From the IMG/VR virus record IMGVR_UViG_2806310790_000002: DNA of 20,000 nucleotides. One strand, written 5' to 3'. Source of the DNA: an uncultured virus (IMG/VR IMGVR_UViG_2806310790_000002) (Duplodnaviria; Heunggongvirae; Uroviricota; Caudoviricetes). The notes under the pieces are model-generated. The model was not told where the DNA came from, did not search any database, and saw nothing but the letters and a program-made list of their open reading frames with translations. The position numbers and the translations under genes are program-made. This document shows positions 1-7,827 of the stretch, in pieces (positions within the stretch are counted from its first letter, which is position 1; the number at the start of each line of letters is the position of its first letter).

Positions 1-46
1 TATTTTTAGGGCAGTATTTACAGTTTATTTCCATAATGATGTAATA

Positions 47-388
47 TTAATCTTTTGATGAAAATTCATATTTGATCTCTTTATCGTCAAGTATGTATTT
101 CTTGAATAACTCATTTACATCTATTCCGTTATGTTCCAGATATAAGATGTATGTATAGAAAAGAGCAGCTGCACTTCCTTCTGTCAAATACATATTCGTT
201 TGGGTAGCGCGTCCGGAACTTTGAGGATTTTCTACCGATAGCAGGTAGGCATCTTCTTCTGTATGCGCAACGGTAACAAGACGGTGATCTGAAAATTCGC
301 ACCGGACCATATCTGTGATTGCTACTTTTCTTGCAGATTCATTATCAAATCCAATGGTAATTTCACCAATGTTTTTATTTTCTTCCAT
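47..388 (-). CDS. Hypothetical phage protein
   Basis: 113-aa ORF co-oriented and tightly packed in the nin-like cluster; no motif recognised. Confidence 0.75.
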   Translation of the reverse strand: MEENKNIGEITIGFDNESARKVAITDMVRCEFSDHRLVTVAHTEEDAYLLSVENPQSSGRATQTNMYLTEGSAAALFYTYILYLEHNGIDVNELFKKYILDDKEIKYEFSSKD

Positions 389-396
389 AAGAGGTA

Positions 397-945
397 CTAT
401 GCTTTTATAGAGTCGTTAATGTATAATACCAACATTTCTCCTAATGGATGAAAACACTTAAGACCATTAAAAACAAGTCCTGCACTCATGCCGCTGTGAC
501 CTTGCTTGGAGAACAAAGACCGGCATATTTCAAATCTTTCCAGTTCTTTTTTAGAGGTATCATTCAATACTGCAACCAATTCTAACCAGCAGTCAAGTTC
601 CATGCCATGATAGAGATCATTCAACCTGATAGGAACAATTTCATTCCATAATTCCAAATATCCTTCCGGAATAATGCCTATTGCACGTTTTCTGTAATCT
701 TCGGTTAATTGCGGAATTTTAGCCTTAAACTCCGCTTCTTTACGGTCATACTCTTCGTGTATCTTACGGATATATTCATCGTGTTCCGCTTTTGACTTAC
801 CGGTCACTTTAACAAACACTTCATCGAGAGAATCAGTAGAATACAACGTTTTCTCGTTAAATTCACCATAACATGGTGCATTGTCCTGCAATTCTTGATA
901 TGCTTTATCAAGATTGATTCCTGGGTAAAATTCAATTTTCTTCAT
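397..945 (-). CDS. Hypothetical phage protein with GHSGMS motif
   Basis: ORF 397..969; the MKKIEF start at 945 avoids overlap with the MTase gene; C-terminal QGHSGMSAG motif. Confidence 0.75.
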   Translation of the reverse strand: MKKIEFYPGINLDKAYQELQDNAPCYGEFNEKTLYSTDSLDEVFVKVTGKSKAEHDEYIRKIHEEYDRKEAEFKAKIPQLTEDYRKRAIGIIPEGYLELWNEIVPIRLNDLYHGMELDCWLELVAVLNDTSKKELERFEICRSLFSKQGHSGMSAGLVFNGLKCFHPLGEMLVLYINDSIKA

Positions 946-958
946 TGTTATATTAATA

Positions 959-1711
959 TTATAAGTCAAATAGACTTGTTTGTACTAAAGTTCCTTTTTC
1001 TGTTTTTATTTCTCCGTGACATTCATAACGGAAACGAGAATTACCTTCTTTAAAATGAAACTTGTCTTTTTCACATCCCCAATAGTCGAATCTTAGCTTG
1101 TAAGCTGCAATCCGGCTACTTTGACTACCCATGTGAGCATCACCGATCTTATAACCGGGGTTGGCATATTGATTGAGTAACCATGCGTATAAAATTACAG
1201 GTTTTTGGCAGGGGTGAATCCGCTTTTCATTCAACTTTTTGTTTCCTTGCTGTATAATTGCCTTAGATAAATCCTTTCCGCAATAGGTTCCCTGAATCAT
1301 GCCTCGCCACATGCAATATACAAGGTCAGTTCTGTTATTCATACTGCAGTATGCTATTTCACAATCGTATTGGTCAGTATCACCATTTAGCTTATCCCAA
1401 ACAATGCGTCCACCAGTAAAGTCGTAATTAAAGTAGTTTACTCCCCATATTATCTGATTTCGGCTGACCCTTTTTACTTCATCGAAATATTCTGGAGGGG
1501 GAACTCGTGAATCCCAGTCTGATTTCGGATAAACGGATTGTTTAACATACAGTATATTACCATTACTTTGTTTTACAGTATTGGGCTTGATCGAAGGATT
1601 ATCCGCTCCAATTCCGTATGGTGGATCATCTATGAACAAGTCAAAGAAGTTATCTGGGAATTTCTTTAAGAAATCCATTCGGTCTATATTATATACTTCG
1701 CTTATTGGCAT
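959..1711 (-). CDS. Orphan DNA amino-methyltransferase (N6A/N4C, beta class)
   Basis: N-terminal catalytic DPPY, IHPCQKP, C-terminal SAM-binding-like DAHMGSQSS..G.E; no partner restriction enzyme nearby. Confidence 0.9.
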   Translation of the reverse strand: MPISEVYNIDRMDFLKKFPDNFFDLFIDDPPYGIGADNPSIKPNTVKQSNGNILYVKQSVYPKSDWDSRVPPPEYFDEVKRVSRNQIIWGVNYFNYDFTGGRIVWDKLNGDTDQYDCEIAYCSMNNRTDLVYCMWRGMIQGTYCGKDLSKAIIQQGNKKLNEKRIHPCQKPVILYAWLLNQYANPGYKIGDAHMGSQSSRIAAYKLRFDYWGCEKDKFHFKEGNSRFRYECHGEIKTEKGTLVQTSLFDL

Positions 1712-1713
1712 GG

Positions 1714-2049
1714 CTATTCCTTCTTCTTTAATTCTTCAATAAGAGCATCAGCAAATATAACTGCGGCACGTGCAATATTAGTTTGAATTTGTCTTTGACC
1801 ATGCTCTGCTCCCTCACATAAAACCTGATGATAGAAATCTTCATTTGACATTATTGCAGTAACTGTTTCCTTTGCTATTTCATAACGTTTCTGTTCCCAA
1901 TCAATATTATCAGACATTTCTTGAAGTATTTCAACATCATCAAAACTTAATTCAATAGGATTACCGTAACTATCACACTTATCAAGTGTGACACGTGCGT
2001 AATCAGCAATATTGATAATTTCTCCAGTTTCTTTTACTCTTACTTTCAT
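1714..2049 (-). CDS. Hypothetical phage protein (DWEQ.RYEIAK...A...ADALI.EL type)
   Basis: 111-aa ORF with 2-bp spacing to neighbours; recurrent phage nin-region motif. Confidence 0.8.
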   Translation of the reverse strand: MKVRVKETGEIINIADYARVTLDKCDSYGNPIELSFDDVEILQEMSDNIDWEQKRYEIAKETVTAIMSNEDFYHQVLCEGAEHGQRQIQTNIARAAVIFADALIEELKKKE

Positions 2050-2051
2050 AA

Positions 2052-2468
2052 CTATTCTTTAGTTTTAATATATCCGTTTTCAATACACCAGCAAAGCATC
2101 TCGTAGGCTGCGTCAATTAATGAATCTGATTTAAACTCTTTATAGTAATCAAATTCATCAGACATTGAATAGTATATAGACCATACATCACAATCATAAG
2201 TGGATATTGTAAGATAATAAGTATCTGTAACTATATTAATTTCTTTCGGCAGTAATTCTATTATGTCCTGAAAGGTATAAGTAGGGACTATTTCCCAAAA
2301 TGTACTATCTCTTTTTTGATTAATTACATCTTCATATATTTCAAGTTCCCATTCTTCCTTTATATTGCCATAAAAACAGCAATAACACATACTTGCATCA
2401 CTTGTGTCCAATCTAAGTTCCTGTAAATGTTTCATCTGTTCGACTGATAATACCTGTTTTGATTTCAT
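2052..2468 (-). CDS. Hypothetical phage protein
   Basis: 138-aa ORF; LIDAAYEMLCWCIENGYI C-terminus typical of Bacteroides phage nin-region proteins. Confidence 0.8.
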   Translation of the reverse strand: MKSKQVLSVEQMKHLQELRLDTSDASMCYCCFYGNIKEEWELEIYEDVINQKRDSTFWEIVPTYTFQDIIELLPKEINIVTDTYYLTISTYDCDVWSIYYSMSDEFDYYKEFKSDSLIDAAYEMLCWCIENGYIKTKE

Positions 2469-2491
2469 AATTCATCCTCCAATTTTCACTG

Positions 2492-2677
2492 TTATTTGAT
2501 TTTTAAAAATATCATTATCCTATCCCACAATAGTAGATAGCCCTCCCAATAGTCACTAAATCTAAAGTAGTACCAGCTCATTTGTATATACCATATTGGC
2601 AGGTAAACAAAAAATAAGGCTAACCATAAAGGGGTAAGCAACAATCTGATTATTAATCTAAGTTTAGCCATAATCAA
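2492..2677 (-). CDS. Small hydrophobic membrane protein
   Basis: 61 aa, aromatic/hydrophobic segment; 4-bp overlap with the upstream gene. Confidence 0.6.
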   Translation of the reverse strand: MIMAKLRLIIRLLLTPLWLALFFVYLPIWYIQMSWYYFRFSDYWEGYLLLWDRIMIFLKIK

Positions 2678-3123
2678 TCTCCTTTCTCTTTAATCCGTTC
2701 TAGTACATCTCTGTTGGCTTCAAGTATTTCATCGAAAGACGGAATTGGCATCCAACATATAACCTTAATATCATCTTTCTCGACACTTTTTCCTAAATAT
2801 GATATATCACTATCAGTAGTCCATATACCATTTTCATACGTGAATACATCTATATACTTACGTGATTCAGCTTCTCTATCATCGTATTTATAGTAATATA
2901 AAAATCCGACTAAAACACGCTGACCTTTATCCGGTAATCGTTCCTCAATACTTATCCAAGGAGATTGCTTTGCCTGCCATTCTGCACCAAATTGAAAATC
3001 TTCCATACAATCAGATTTCCGACTAACATAGTTATCTGGATCAACCTCCTTTAAAACCTCTTTTCTAAACTTTGTTTTATTAGTAGCATAGTCGTATGCT
3101 GCTTCTTCTAATGTCTGTTTCAT
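2674..3123 (-). CDS. DUF551-domain phage protein
   Basis: PWISIEERLP...VLV...VICWMPIP signature. Confidence 0.8.
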   Translation of the reverse strand: MKQTLEEAAYDYATNKTKFRKEVLKEVDPDNYVSRKSDCMEDFQFGAEWQAKQSPWISIEERLPDKGQRVLVGFLYYYKYDDREAESRKYIDVFTYENGIWTTDSDISYLGKSVEKDDIKVICWMPIPSFDEILEANRDVLERIKEKGD

Positions 3124-3124
3124 A

Positions 3125-3319
3125 TTACTCTGTTTTACGATTTTCTCTTAATTTTTCTTCACTGACGGTAGTATTAGAAATTGTATTTGTATTATTGGGT
3201 TTGCAATACAAACACATTTGGGTAAAAGGTGAATATACCCTGCCACACTTCGGACAAATCCAACCTTGCTGCCCGAACACTCCGTTATACGGATTAACTG
3301 CGCTTGATTCTTGTTTCAT
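3125..3319 (-). CDS. Small zinc-ribbon phage protein
   Basis: GWICPKCGRVYSP...CLYC (two CxxC). Confidence 0.75.
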   Translation of the reverse strand: MKQESSAVNPYNGVFGQQGWICPKCGRVYSPFTQMCLYCKPNNTNTISNTTVSEEKLRENRKTE

Positions 3320-3334
3320 AATTTGATATTTTAG

Positions 3335-3556
3335 TTATTTCTTATGGTTAAGTCGTTTAATAGCGTCCTTTTTGGAATATGCCATAACTTTCTGTCCTTT
3401 TATGGTAAACTCTCTTAACTCTTTAACTGATGACTTAACTTTATAGTTAGGATTAAAAGTCATTCCTTCTTTACGATTCACAGAGTATGGATCGTTACTT
3501 TGTGCTGCTGCGCACATAGCTGCTGTTGCCAGTAACATTTGCTTTAATTTGCTCAT
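3335..3556 (-). CDS. Small basic hypothetical protein
   Basis: 73 aa, MAYSKKDAIKRL C-terminus; ATGA overlap with the upstream ORF. Confidence 0.7.
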   Translation of the reverse strand: MSKLKQMLLATAAMCAAAQSNDPYSVNRKEGMTFNPNYKVKSSVKELREFTIKGQKVMAYSKKDAIKRLNHKK

Positions 3557-3747
3557 ACCATTCTATTATTGCATTGTAAATAAATTGTCGTTCCATCAGT
3601 ACTGATACAGCCTACTTCAAATTGCGTCCAAGAGTTATCCCAACATTTTGTCCCGGGTGGCACCTGTATGGAGATATAAATATCTTCGTTTCTATCGCAT
3701 TGATCTAGTGCTTCTTCAAACTTTTCTAAGAATTCATCTAAGCTCAT
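3553..3747 (-). CDS. Hypothetical phage protein
   Basis: 64-aa acidic ORF in operon packing. Confidence 0.65.
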   Translation of the reverse strand: MSLDEFLEKFEEALDQCDRNEDIYISIQVPPGTKCWDNSWTQFEVGCISTDGTTIYLQCNNRMV

Positions 3748-3757
3748 ATTACCAATG

Positions 3758-4225
3758 TTATTTAGAGGTGGGGAGTAATAATTCTGCTATATCTTCTTTC
3801 ATCAAGCCATGTTCGTCCAGCTTGGCTACGATTTGAGATGCAAATAGTAAATCATATCTTTGTTTCATCTCGTCACCAAACTTTTTAGCTAATTCCGTAA
3901 TTTTTGCATTAGCATTATGATAGCCACAATTTGCATTAAATTGGCTTTTAATCCAATTTTCAATAGATATTTCTTTGTCAGAATAAGAGCTTTCTCTTAT
4001 CATTCCTGTTGAAATAACGTCAGCGACAAGTGCTTGTATTTGCTCTCTAAGTGTATCTGATACTTGCTGCTTAACGACATTAGTAATCTCGTTTTCAATA
4101 TGCGTAAGCATCATTTTTTTTATCTGTTGACAGACATCTATCTTGATTGAGTTTTTTAATTCTTCCTCAAACCCGTTAGAATCTTCGTCTAACCAAAACT
4201 CGTCAATTTCTACTGTAAATTTCAT
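3758..4225 (-). CDS. Hypothetical phage protein
   Basis: 155-aa helical ORF, first gene of the left cluster. Confidence 0.8.
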   Translation of the reverse strand: MKFTVEIDEFWLDEDSNGFEEELKNSIKIDVCQQIKKMMLTHIENEITNVVKQQVSDTLREQIQALVADVISTGMIRESSYSDKEISIENWIKSQFNANCGYHNANAKITELAKKFGDEMKQRYDLLFASQIVAKLDEHGLMKEDIAELLLPTSK

Positions 4226-4350
4226 ATTACTATTATTTATGTTGTTAATAAAATCGTTTTGTACACTATTTTTTTACTCTATATTACCTTGAATAATCAA
4301 GGATAATAGTTGTTATTTCAAATCGCATGATTCGCTTAGAACCACTTAAA

Positions 4351-4396
4351 ATCGATAAAACAGTGACAACCATTTTCAGATTGTCACTGTGTCGAT
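4351..4396 (-). terminator. Intrinsic terminator (leftward)
   Basis: Perfect 10-bp stem ACAGTGACAA (4360-4369)/TTGTCACTGT (4381-4390), followed by a T-run on the minus strand. Confidence 0.6.
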
Positions 4397-4445
4397 TGGC
4401 ATCAACTTAATGTGTGGGACGAATCCCCTGACACTACTTTCCTAC

Positions 4446-4646
4446 TTAGTTAGCTCCCATTCGACTAGCGTAATCAAAGTGCTCGACCTGATTACGGGAA
4501 GAACGAGAAACATTTAAGCTATTCGATAGCTCGATTTTCAACTTTTCGTTTTCAGCTTTTAACCGATAACACTCCGCTCTGTATTGAGAGCATTCTGTGA
4601 ATGACTTTAACATTGCGAGGTATTGGCTTATTTCTACTTCAATCAT
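4446..4646 (-). CDS. Small coiled-coil hypothetical protein
   Basis: 66 aa, RLKAENEKLK heptads. Confidence 0.7.
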   Translation of the reverse strand: MIEVEISQYLAMLKSFTECSQYRAECYRLKAENEKLKIELSNSLNVSRSSRNQVEHFDYASRMGAN

Positions 4647-4665
4647 TACTTTATAGTTTATATTA

Positions 4666-5070
4666 TTATCTCATTATACTTCCATTTAGACGCTGTGTAG
4701 TTCTTATATAGTCATCCAGTAGTTCATGAAGGATGAAATCCGGATAGACGTTTACAACACCAAAACGGTCTATGTTTACCTTATTAACCGGATATCCCCT
4801 TTTCTTACATAGGCGTGTGGCATCATTGCCGAGTTTCGCAATGTCACTTACATAAATAGGAAGTTTATGCCTCTGTACGTATGCAGACATAGTGGAACAT
4901 CCATAATTACCGATACACTTTGAAGACAATTTCTTCATCTCTTCTTCAAGTACGCTTAATCTTAGTTCTGTCGACTTAAGCCTTTTTTCTTGTTCGACAT
5001 TGGTCTTGGCTAACTGAAATATCAGTTCCGCCTGACTCATTTCAACGGTTGAGTTCAAAATATTGTCCAT
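4666..5070 (-). CDS. Standalone antirepressor C-terminal-like domain protein
   Basis: N-terminal coiled coil (VEQEKRL) then LG..ATRLCKKRGY....V..DRFG.V.VYP, resembling the C-terminal region of Rha/BRO-type phage antirepressors. Confidence 0.6.
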   Translation of the reverse strand: MDNILNSTVEMSQAELIFQLAKTNVEQEKRLKSTELRLSVLEEEMKKLSSKCIGNYGCSTMSAYVQRHKLPIYVSDIAKLGNDATRLCKKRGYPVNKVNIDRFGVVNVYPDFILHELLDDYIRTTQRLNGSIMR

Positions 5071-5093
5071 TACTCTAAATTTTAATGTTCTGA

Positions 5094-5246
5094 TTACTCG
5101 GTTATCTCTTTAATTGAAAGTTCAGGGAATCTATCACCTTTAGCGTGCATTGACATTACATACATATAGCAGAAATCAGCTGCCTGTTCGTATGTTTCGA
5201 ACTTGAATGTTACGCTTGAACCTTTCTTAGAAACTTCGTATTTCAT
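5094..5246 (-). CDS. Small hypothetical protein (50 aa, not in ORF track)
   Basis: Hand-translated MKYEVSKKGSSVTFKFETYEQAADFCYMYVMSMHAKGDRFPELSIKEITE*; fills the gap in the operon, AT-rich leader. Confidence 0.7.
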   Translation of the reverse strand: MKYEVSKKGSSVTFKFETYEQAADFCYMYVMSMHAKGDRFPELSIKEITE

Positions 5247-5276
5247 TGTTTTATATTTTAAAGTGTTAGTTATATC

Positions 5277-5588
5277 TTAATCACCTACGTAGCGTGAACC
5301 GAATCTACCAGTACTATTCACATTGTAATAAGCCGATGCAGGAATGTTCTTGTTATTGTAGCCTTCGTGCATTGTAGCCTTAGCAGCTTTGCTCATCGCT
5401 TCTTCTCTTTCTGCCAAGAATTTATCAGTTCTTTCCTTTACCGCTTCTACTGTGAAGTTAGCTTGGAGTTTTGCAAGTCTCCATGCTGACTTTAAACATT
5501 CACCAAAGGTCTTACCTTGCTTCTTACCTGAATACTTGTAGTTTCTGTGAGCGTTCTTGAATATTTCTGATAAATTGTAGCGTTTCAT
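5277..5588 (-). CDS. Phage protein (YNLSEIF..AH...F.ECLK.AW..AK type)
   Basis: Probable start MKRYNL at 5588; the longer 5750 start runs through the divergent promoter region. Confidence 0.8.
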   Translation of the reverse strand: MKRYNLSEIFKNAHRNYKYSGKKQGKTFGECLKSAWRLAKLQANFTVEAVKERTDKFLAEREEAMSKAAKATMHEGYNNKNIPASAYYNVNSTGRFGSRYVGD

Positions 5589-5634
5589 ATATTTAGGAGT
5601 TAAATTGTTATTAGTTCTTTTATTTGACGTAAAG

Positions 5635-5718
5635 ATACAGTATTTACTGTATATTACCAAACAAAATAACCATAATATACTATTTCTTTTGCATAAATTA
5701 ATATAGTATATACTGTAT
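5635..5718. promoter_or_regulatory. Paired operators ATACAGTA-NN-TACTGTAT between divergent genes
   Basis: Perfect palindrome at 5635-5652 and a 1-mismatch copy at 5701-5718; rightward -7 element TATATTTG at 5736-5743. Confidence 0.75.
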
Positions 5719-5760
5719 ACTTCATAAATAATCTGTATATTTGAAATCAAAAAGATAATT

Positions 5761-6039
5761 ATGAGAATAAAGGAACTTTTAAAAGAGAAACATTACACAC
5801 AACAAGAACTGGCAGATAAAATGAATGTAAGCCTATCTGCTGTTAGACAAATGGTTGCAGCAGAATCATTGACAACTGCTACACTTGAAAAGATCGCTAC
5901 CGCCCTCAACGTTCCCATGTGGCAGCTATTCGCGTCCCCGGAAGAGGTGCAGCTTCCCTCAAACGCCCATTCTATCAAATGCCCACACTGCGGGAACGAG
6001 TTCCCGGTTAGTGTGAATGTTGAACTTAAAACCAAATAG
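5761..6039 (+). CDS. XRE-family HTH regulator with C-terminal CPHCG zinc knuckle
   Basis: RIKELLKEK..TQQELADKMNVS.SAV...TLEKIATALNV..WQLF; IKCPHCG. Confidence 0.92.
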   Translation: MRIKELLKEKHYTQQELADKMNVSLSAVRQMVAAESLTTATLEKIATALNVPMWQLFASPEEVQLPSNAHSIKCPHCGNEFPVSVNVELKTK

Positions 6040-6040
6040 T

Positions 6041-6703
6041 ATGAAAGAGACCCTAATCGTATTAATGTTTATTGTACCACTCTTTGCAAATGCGCAAGAA
6101 TATGGCAATTTGGCATCCAAAGATTCACTGAATATAAACACGGATTCTTTACAGTCTGTTGTTGATTCTATTATGGAAGTCAAATTAAAAAAAGAGCAAA
6201 TAACAACTATTGGTGGAATACCTTTTGGAATTTCCAGAGAAAAAGCCCTACCTGTATTAAGAAACAAATATGGGACAGAAGATTATCTTTCCGACAATAA
6301 ACACATAGTCTTTAAAAGCATAAAATATGCAGGTGTAGATTTTAACTCCGTATATTTCCTTTTTCAATCAGACGGTATTAATAGCTATTTTAATGCTTGC
6401 ATATTTATCCTAAATGCAAAAACGAAAAAAGAAGCCATTGACAAACAAGAAGAGATGAGAAATCTTTTATCTAAAAAATACGATTTATCTTCTTTTAAGG
6501 ATGACCATGGATTCGACTTATACGTTGGAGGTGTATCCCCATTATGGAACGGTCGTTGGAAATCGTTTTTAGAAGGGGGATATGAAGGGGCTGTCCATAT
6601 AGACATTATAAATTATGACGAAGAATTAGCAAAAAATGCTGGATTTGAATATTCTGTCCGTATAATTTATGGCCCTTTCAATTATGTAAAAGAGGAATTT
6701 TGA
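6041..6703 (+). CDS. Exported protein of unknown function (moron)
   Basis: Start MKETLIVLMFIVPLFANA|QE gives a signal peptide with ANA-Q cleavage; begins 1 bp after the XRE stop. Confidence 0.8.
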   Translation: MKETLIVLMFIVPLFANAQEYGNLASKDSLNINTDSLQSVVDSIMEVKLKKEQITTIGGIPFGISREKALPVLRNKYGTEDYLSDNKHIVFKSIKYAGVDFNSVYFLFQSDGINSYFNACIFILNAKTKKEAIDKQEEMRNLLSKKYDLSSFKDDHGFDLYVGGVSPLWNGRWKSFLEGGYEGAVHIDIINYDEELAKNAGFEYSVRIIYGPFNYVKEEF

Positions 6704-6795
6704 GCCTGAATGTCTTAGAAATAACAGCCGAGATACTTTCTCTTATCGTTTCTGTTATTGCCTTATTTATAAGCTGTACCGCAATGTATAGATGA
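6700..6795 (+). CDS. Possible 31-aa single-TM peptide
   Basis: TTG start overlapping the upstream TGA; MSLNVLEITAEILSLIVSVIALFISCTAMYR*. Confidence 0.4.
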   Translation: MSLNVLEITAEILSLIVSVIALFISCTAMYR

Positions 6796-6799
6796 ATAT

Positions 6800-6826
6800 A
6801 AGGGATGCATTTGGCACCCCTTTATT
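6800..6826. terminator. Terminator between convergent genes
   Basis: AAGGGATGC-ATTTG-GCACCCCTT hairpin followed by TATTT. Confidence 0.6.
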
Positions 6827-6854
6827 TATATCAACTACCCAATATCCCTATATT

Positions 6855-7514
6855 TTAGATGGGAAGAACATTAGGATATTTCCGGTAATACAATTTAGTC
6901 AATGTGGATTTAAGGCTATTATAGTCTTTGATAAAACCTAAATCTATCCATTGGGCTATCTGTAATTCCAACTCATACAATTCACGAATTTTAGCTTCAT
7001 CGCCAATTTTATTACGCATTTCTGATTCATGCTTACCGTAGACTATGATGTTTAGAGACTTGGCCAAGTCCTTGACTTTTTGTTTGAATAGGTCATCTGG
7101 CAAAATAGAACTGACCGCTTTACACATGGATGGGTATGCATCACCAGCAAGATTGCGGAATTTTATCATTTCATCATAGACAAATTTGAGAACATCATAT
7201 TTAAAAGACGGATTTATCCACATTGCAAAATCAATAAAAAGTAGTGGATGCATCCAGGTACCCGCATTATCCCCCTTATTTGCCCTTGATTTATGATAGG
7301 GGTAATTACCCCTATCATAATTTTCTCTTTCCATTATAGTGTAAATGAACTCTTTAGTGGAAGCTAAGCCGAAGTAGTCATTAACTTCCTTCTTCATACC
7401 TTTCAATTGATTCCACTGTTTCAATAAATTTGTAGCATTGAAAAACGCATCTTTAGTTCTCTGAATTACTTTAAAATCACCCATTGGGCGAATCATAATT
7501 TGGTTCGTTTTCAT
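6855..7514 (-). CDS. KilA-N domain protein
   Basis: Start MKTNQIMIR at 7514; QRTKD.FFNAT.LLKQW and GTWMHPLLFIDFAMWINP.F motifs. Confidence 0.9.
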   Translation of the reverse strand: MKTNQIMIRPMGDFKVIQRTKDAFFNATNLLKQWNQLKGMKKEVNDYFGLASTKEFIYTIMERENYDRGNYPYHKSRANKGDNAGTWMHPLLFIDFAMWINPSFKYDVLKFVYDEMIKFRNLAGDAYPSMCKAVSSILPDDLFKQKVKDLAKSLNIIVYGKHESEMRNKIGDEAKIRELYELELQIAQWIDLGFIKDYNSLKSTLTKLYYRKYPNVLPI

Positions 7515-7532
7515 AATAAAGTCTTTTCGTTC

Positions 7533-7623
7533 GAGGACGTACCGCACTTCTTCATGCGGAGATAAAAAGGCGAAAGCCATGCAGGGGGTTATGACCTACA
7601 CAGCTTTCTATATCTTAATCCTC
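7533..7623 (-). ncRNA. Structured leader / C4- or CI-like regulatory RNA upstream of KilA-N
   Basis: Closing stem, long bulged hairpin and minor hairpin; all five non-Watson-Crick oppositions are G-U on the minus strand. Confidence 0.55.
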
Positions 7624-7663
7624 TGATTAATTCTAATTTTAATAAGTATAACCCAACGCATTG

Positions 7664-7671
7664 CAAATATA
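7664..7671 (-). promoter_or_regulatory. Bacteroidetes -7 promoter element for the KilA-N unit
   Basis: TATATTTG followed by CA on the minus strand (consensus TAnnTTTG). Confidence 0.65.
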
Positions 7672-7756
7672 ATAATAATTTTTAAAAGTGATTATACGAT
7701 CAACAATCAACGTATTCTTTTAACTATTTTGTGATTTGATTCTCAAATGAAATTGT

Positions 7757-7795
7757 TAACTTTGCATTAGAATGCATATATTTGAATACGCATTC
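7757..7795 (+). promoter_or_regulatory. Promoter and palindrome for the TA operon
   Basis: TAACTTTG at 7757-7764 and TATATTTG at 7777-7784; imperfect palindrome GAATGCATAT...ATACGCATTC at 7770-7795. Confidence 0.6.
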
Positions 7796-7827
7796 ACATA
7801 AATAAGTAACCAAGAACCCTAAACAAA

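Noticed and set aside
959..1711. Complete restriction-modification system
   Set aside because: No adjacent ORF resembles a restriction endonuclease or specificity subunit; the context is typical of an orphan phage MTase.
5635..5718. LexA/SOS boxes
   Set aside because: Half-sites are arranged ACAG-N6-CTGT, the reverse of the E. coli CTGT-N8-ACAG box; they are better explained as operators of the adjacent XRE protein.
5589..5750. Long N-terminal extensions in the ORF track (5750, 7580, 11917, 13132, 16387, 16824, 18010 starts)
   Set aside because: They run through promoters, operators, structured RNA or neighbouring genes; internal ATGs give better gene packing.
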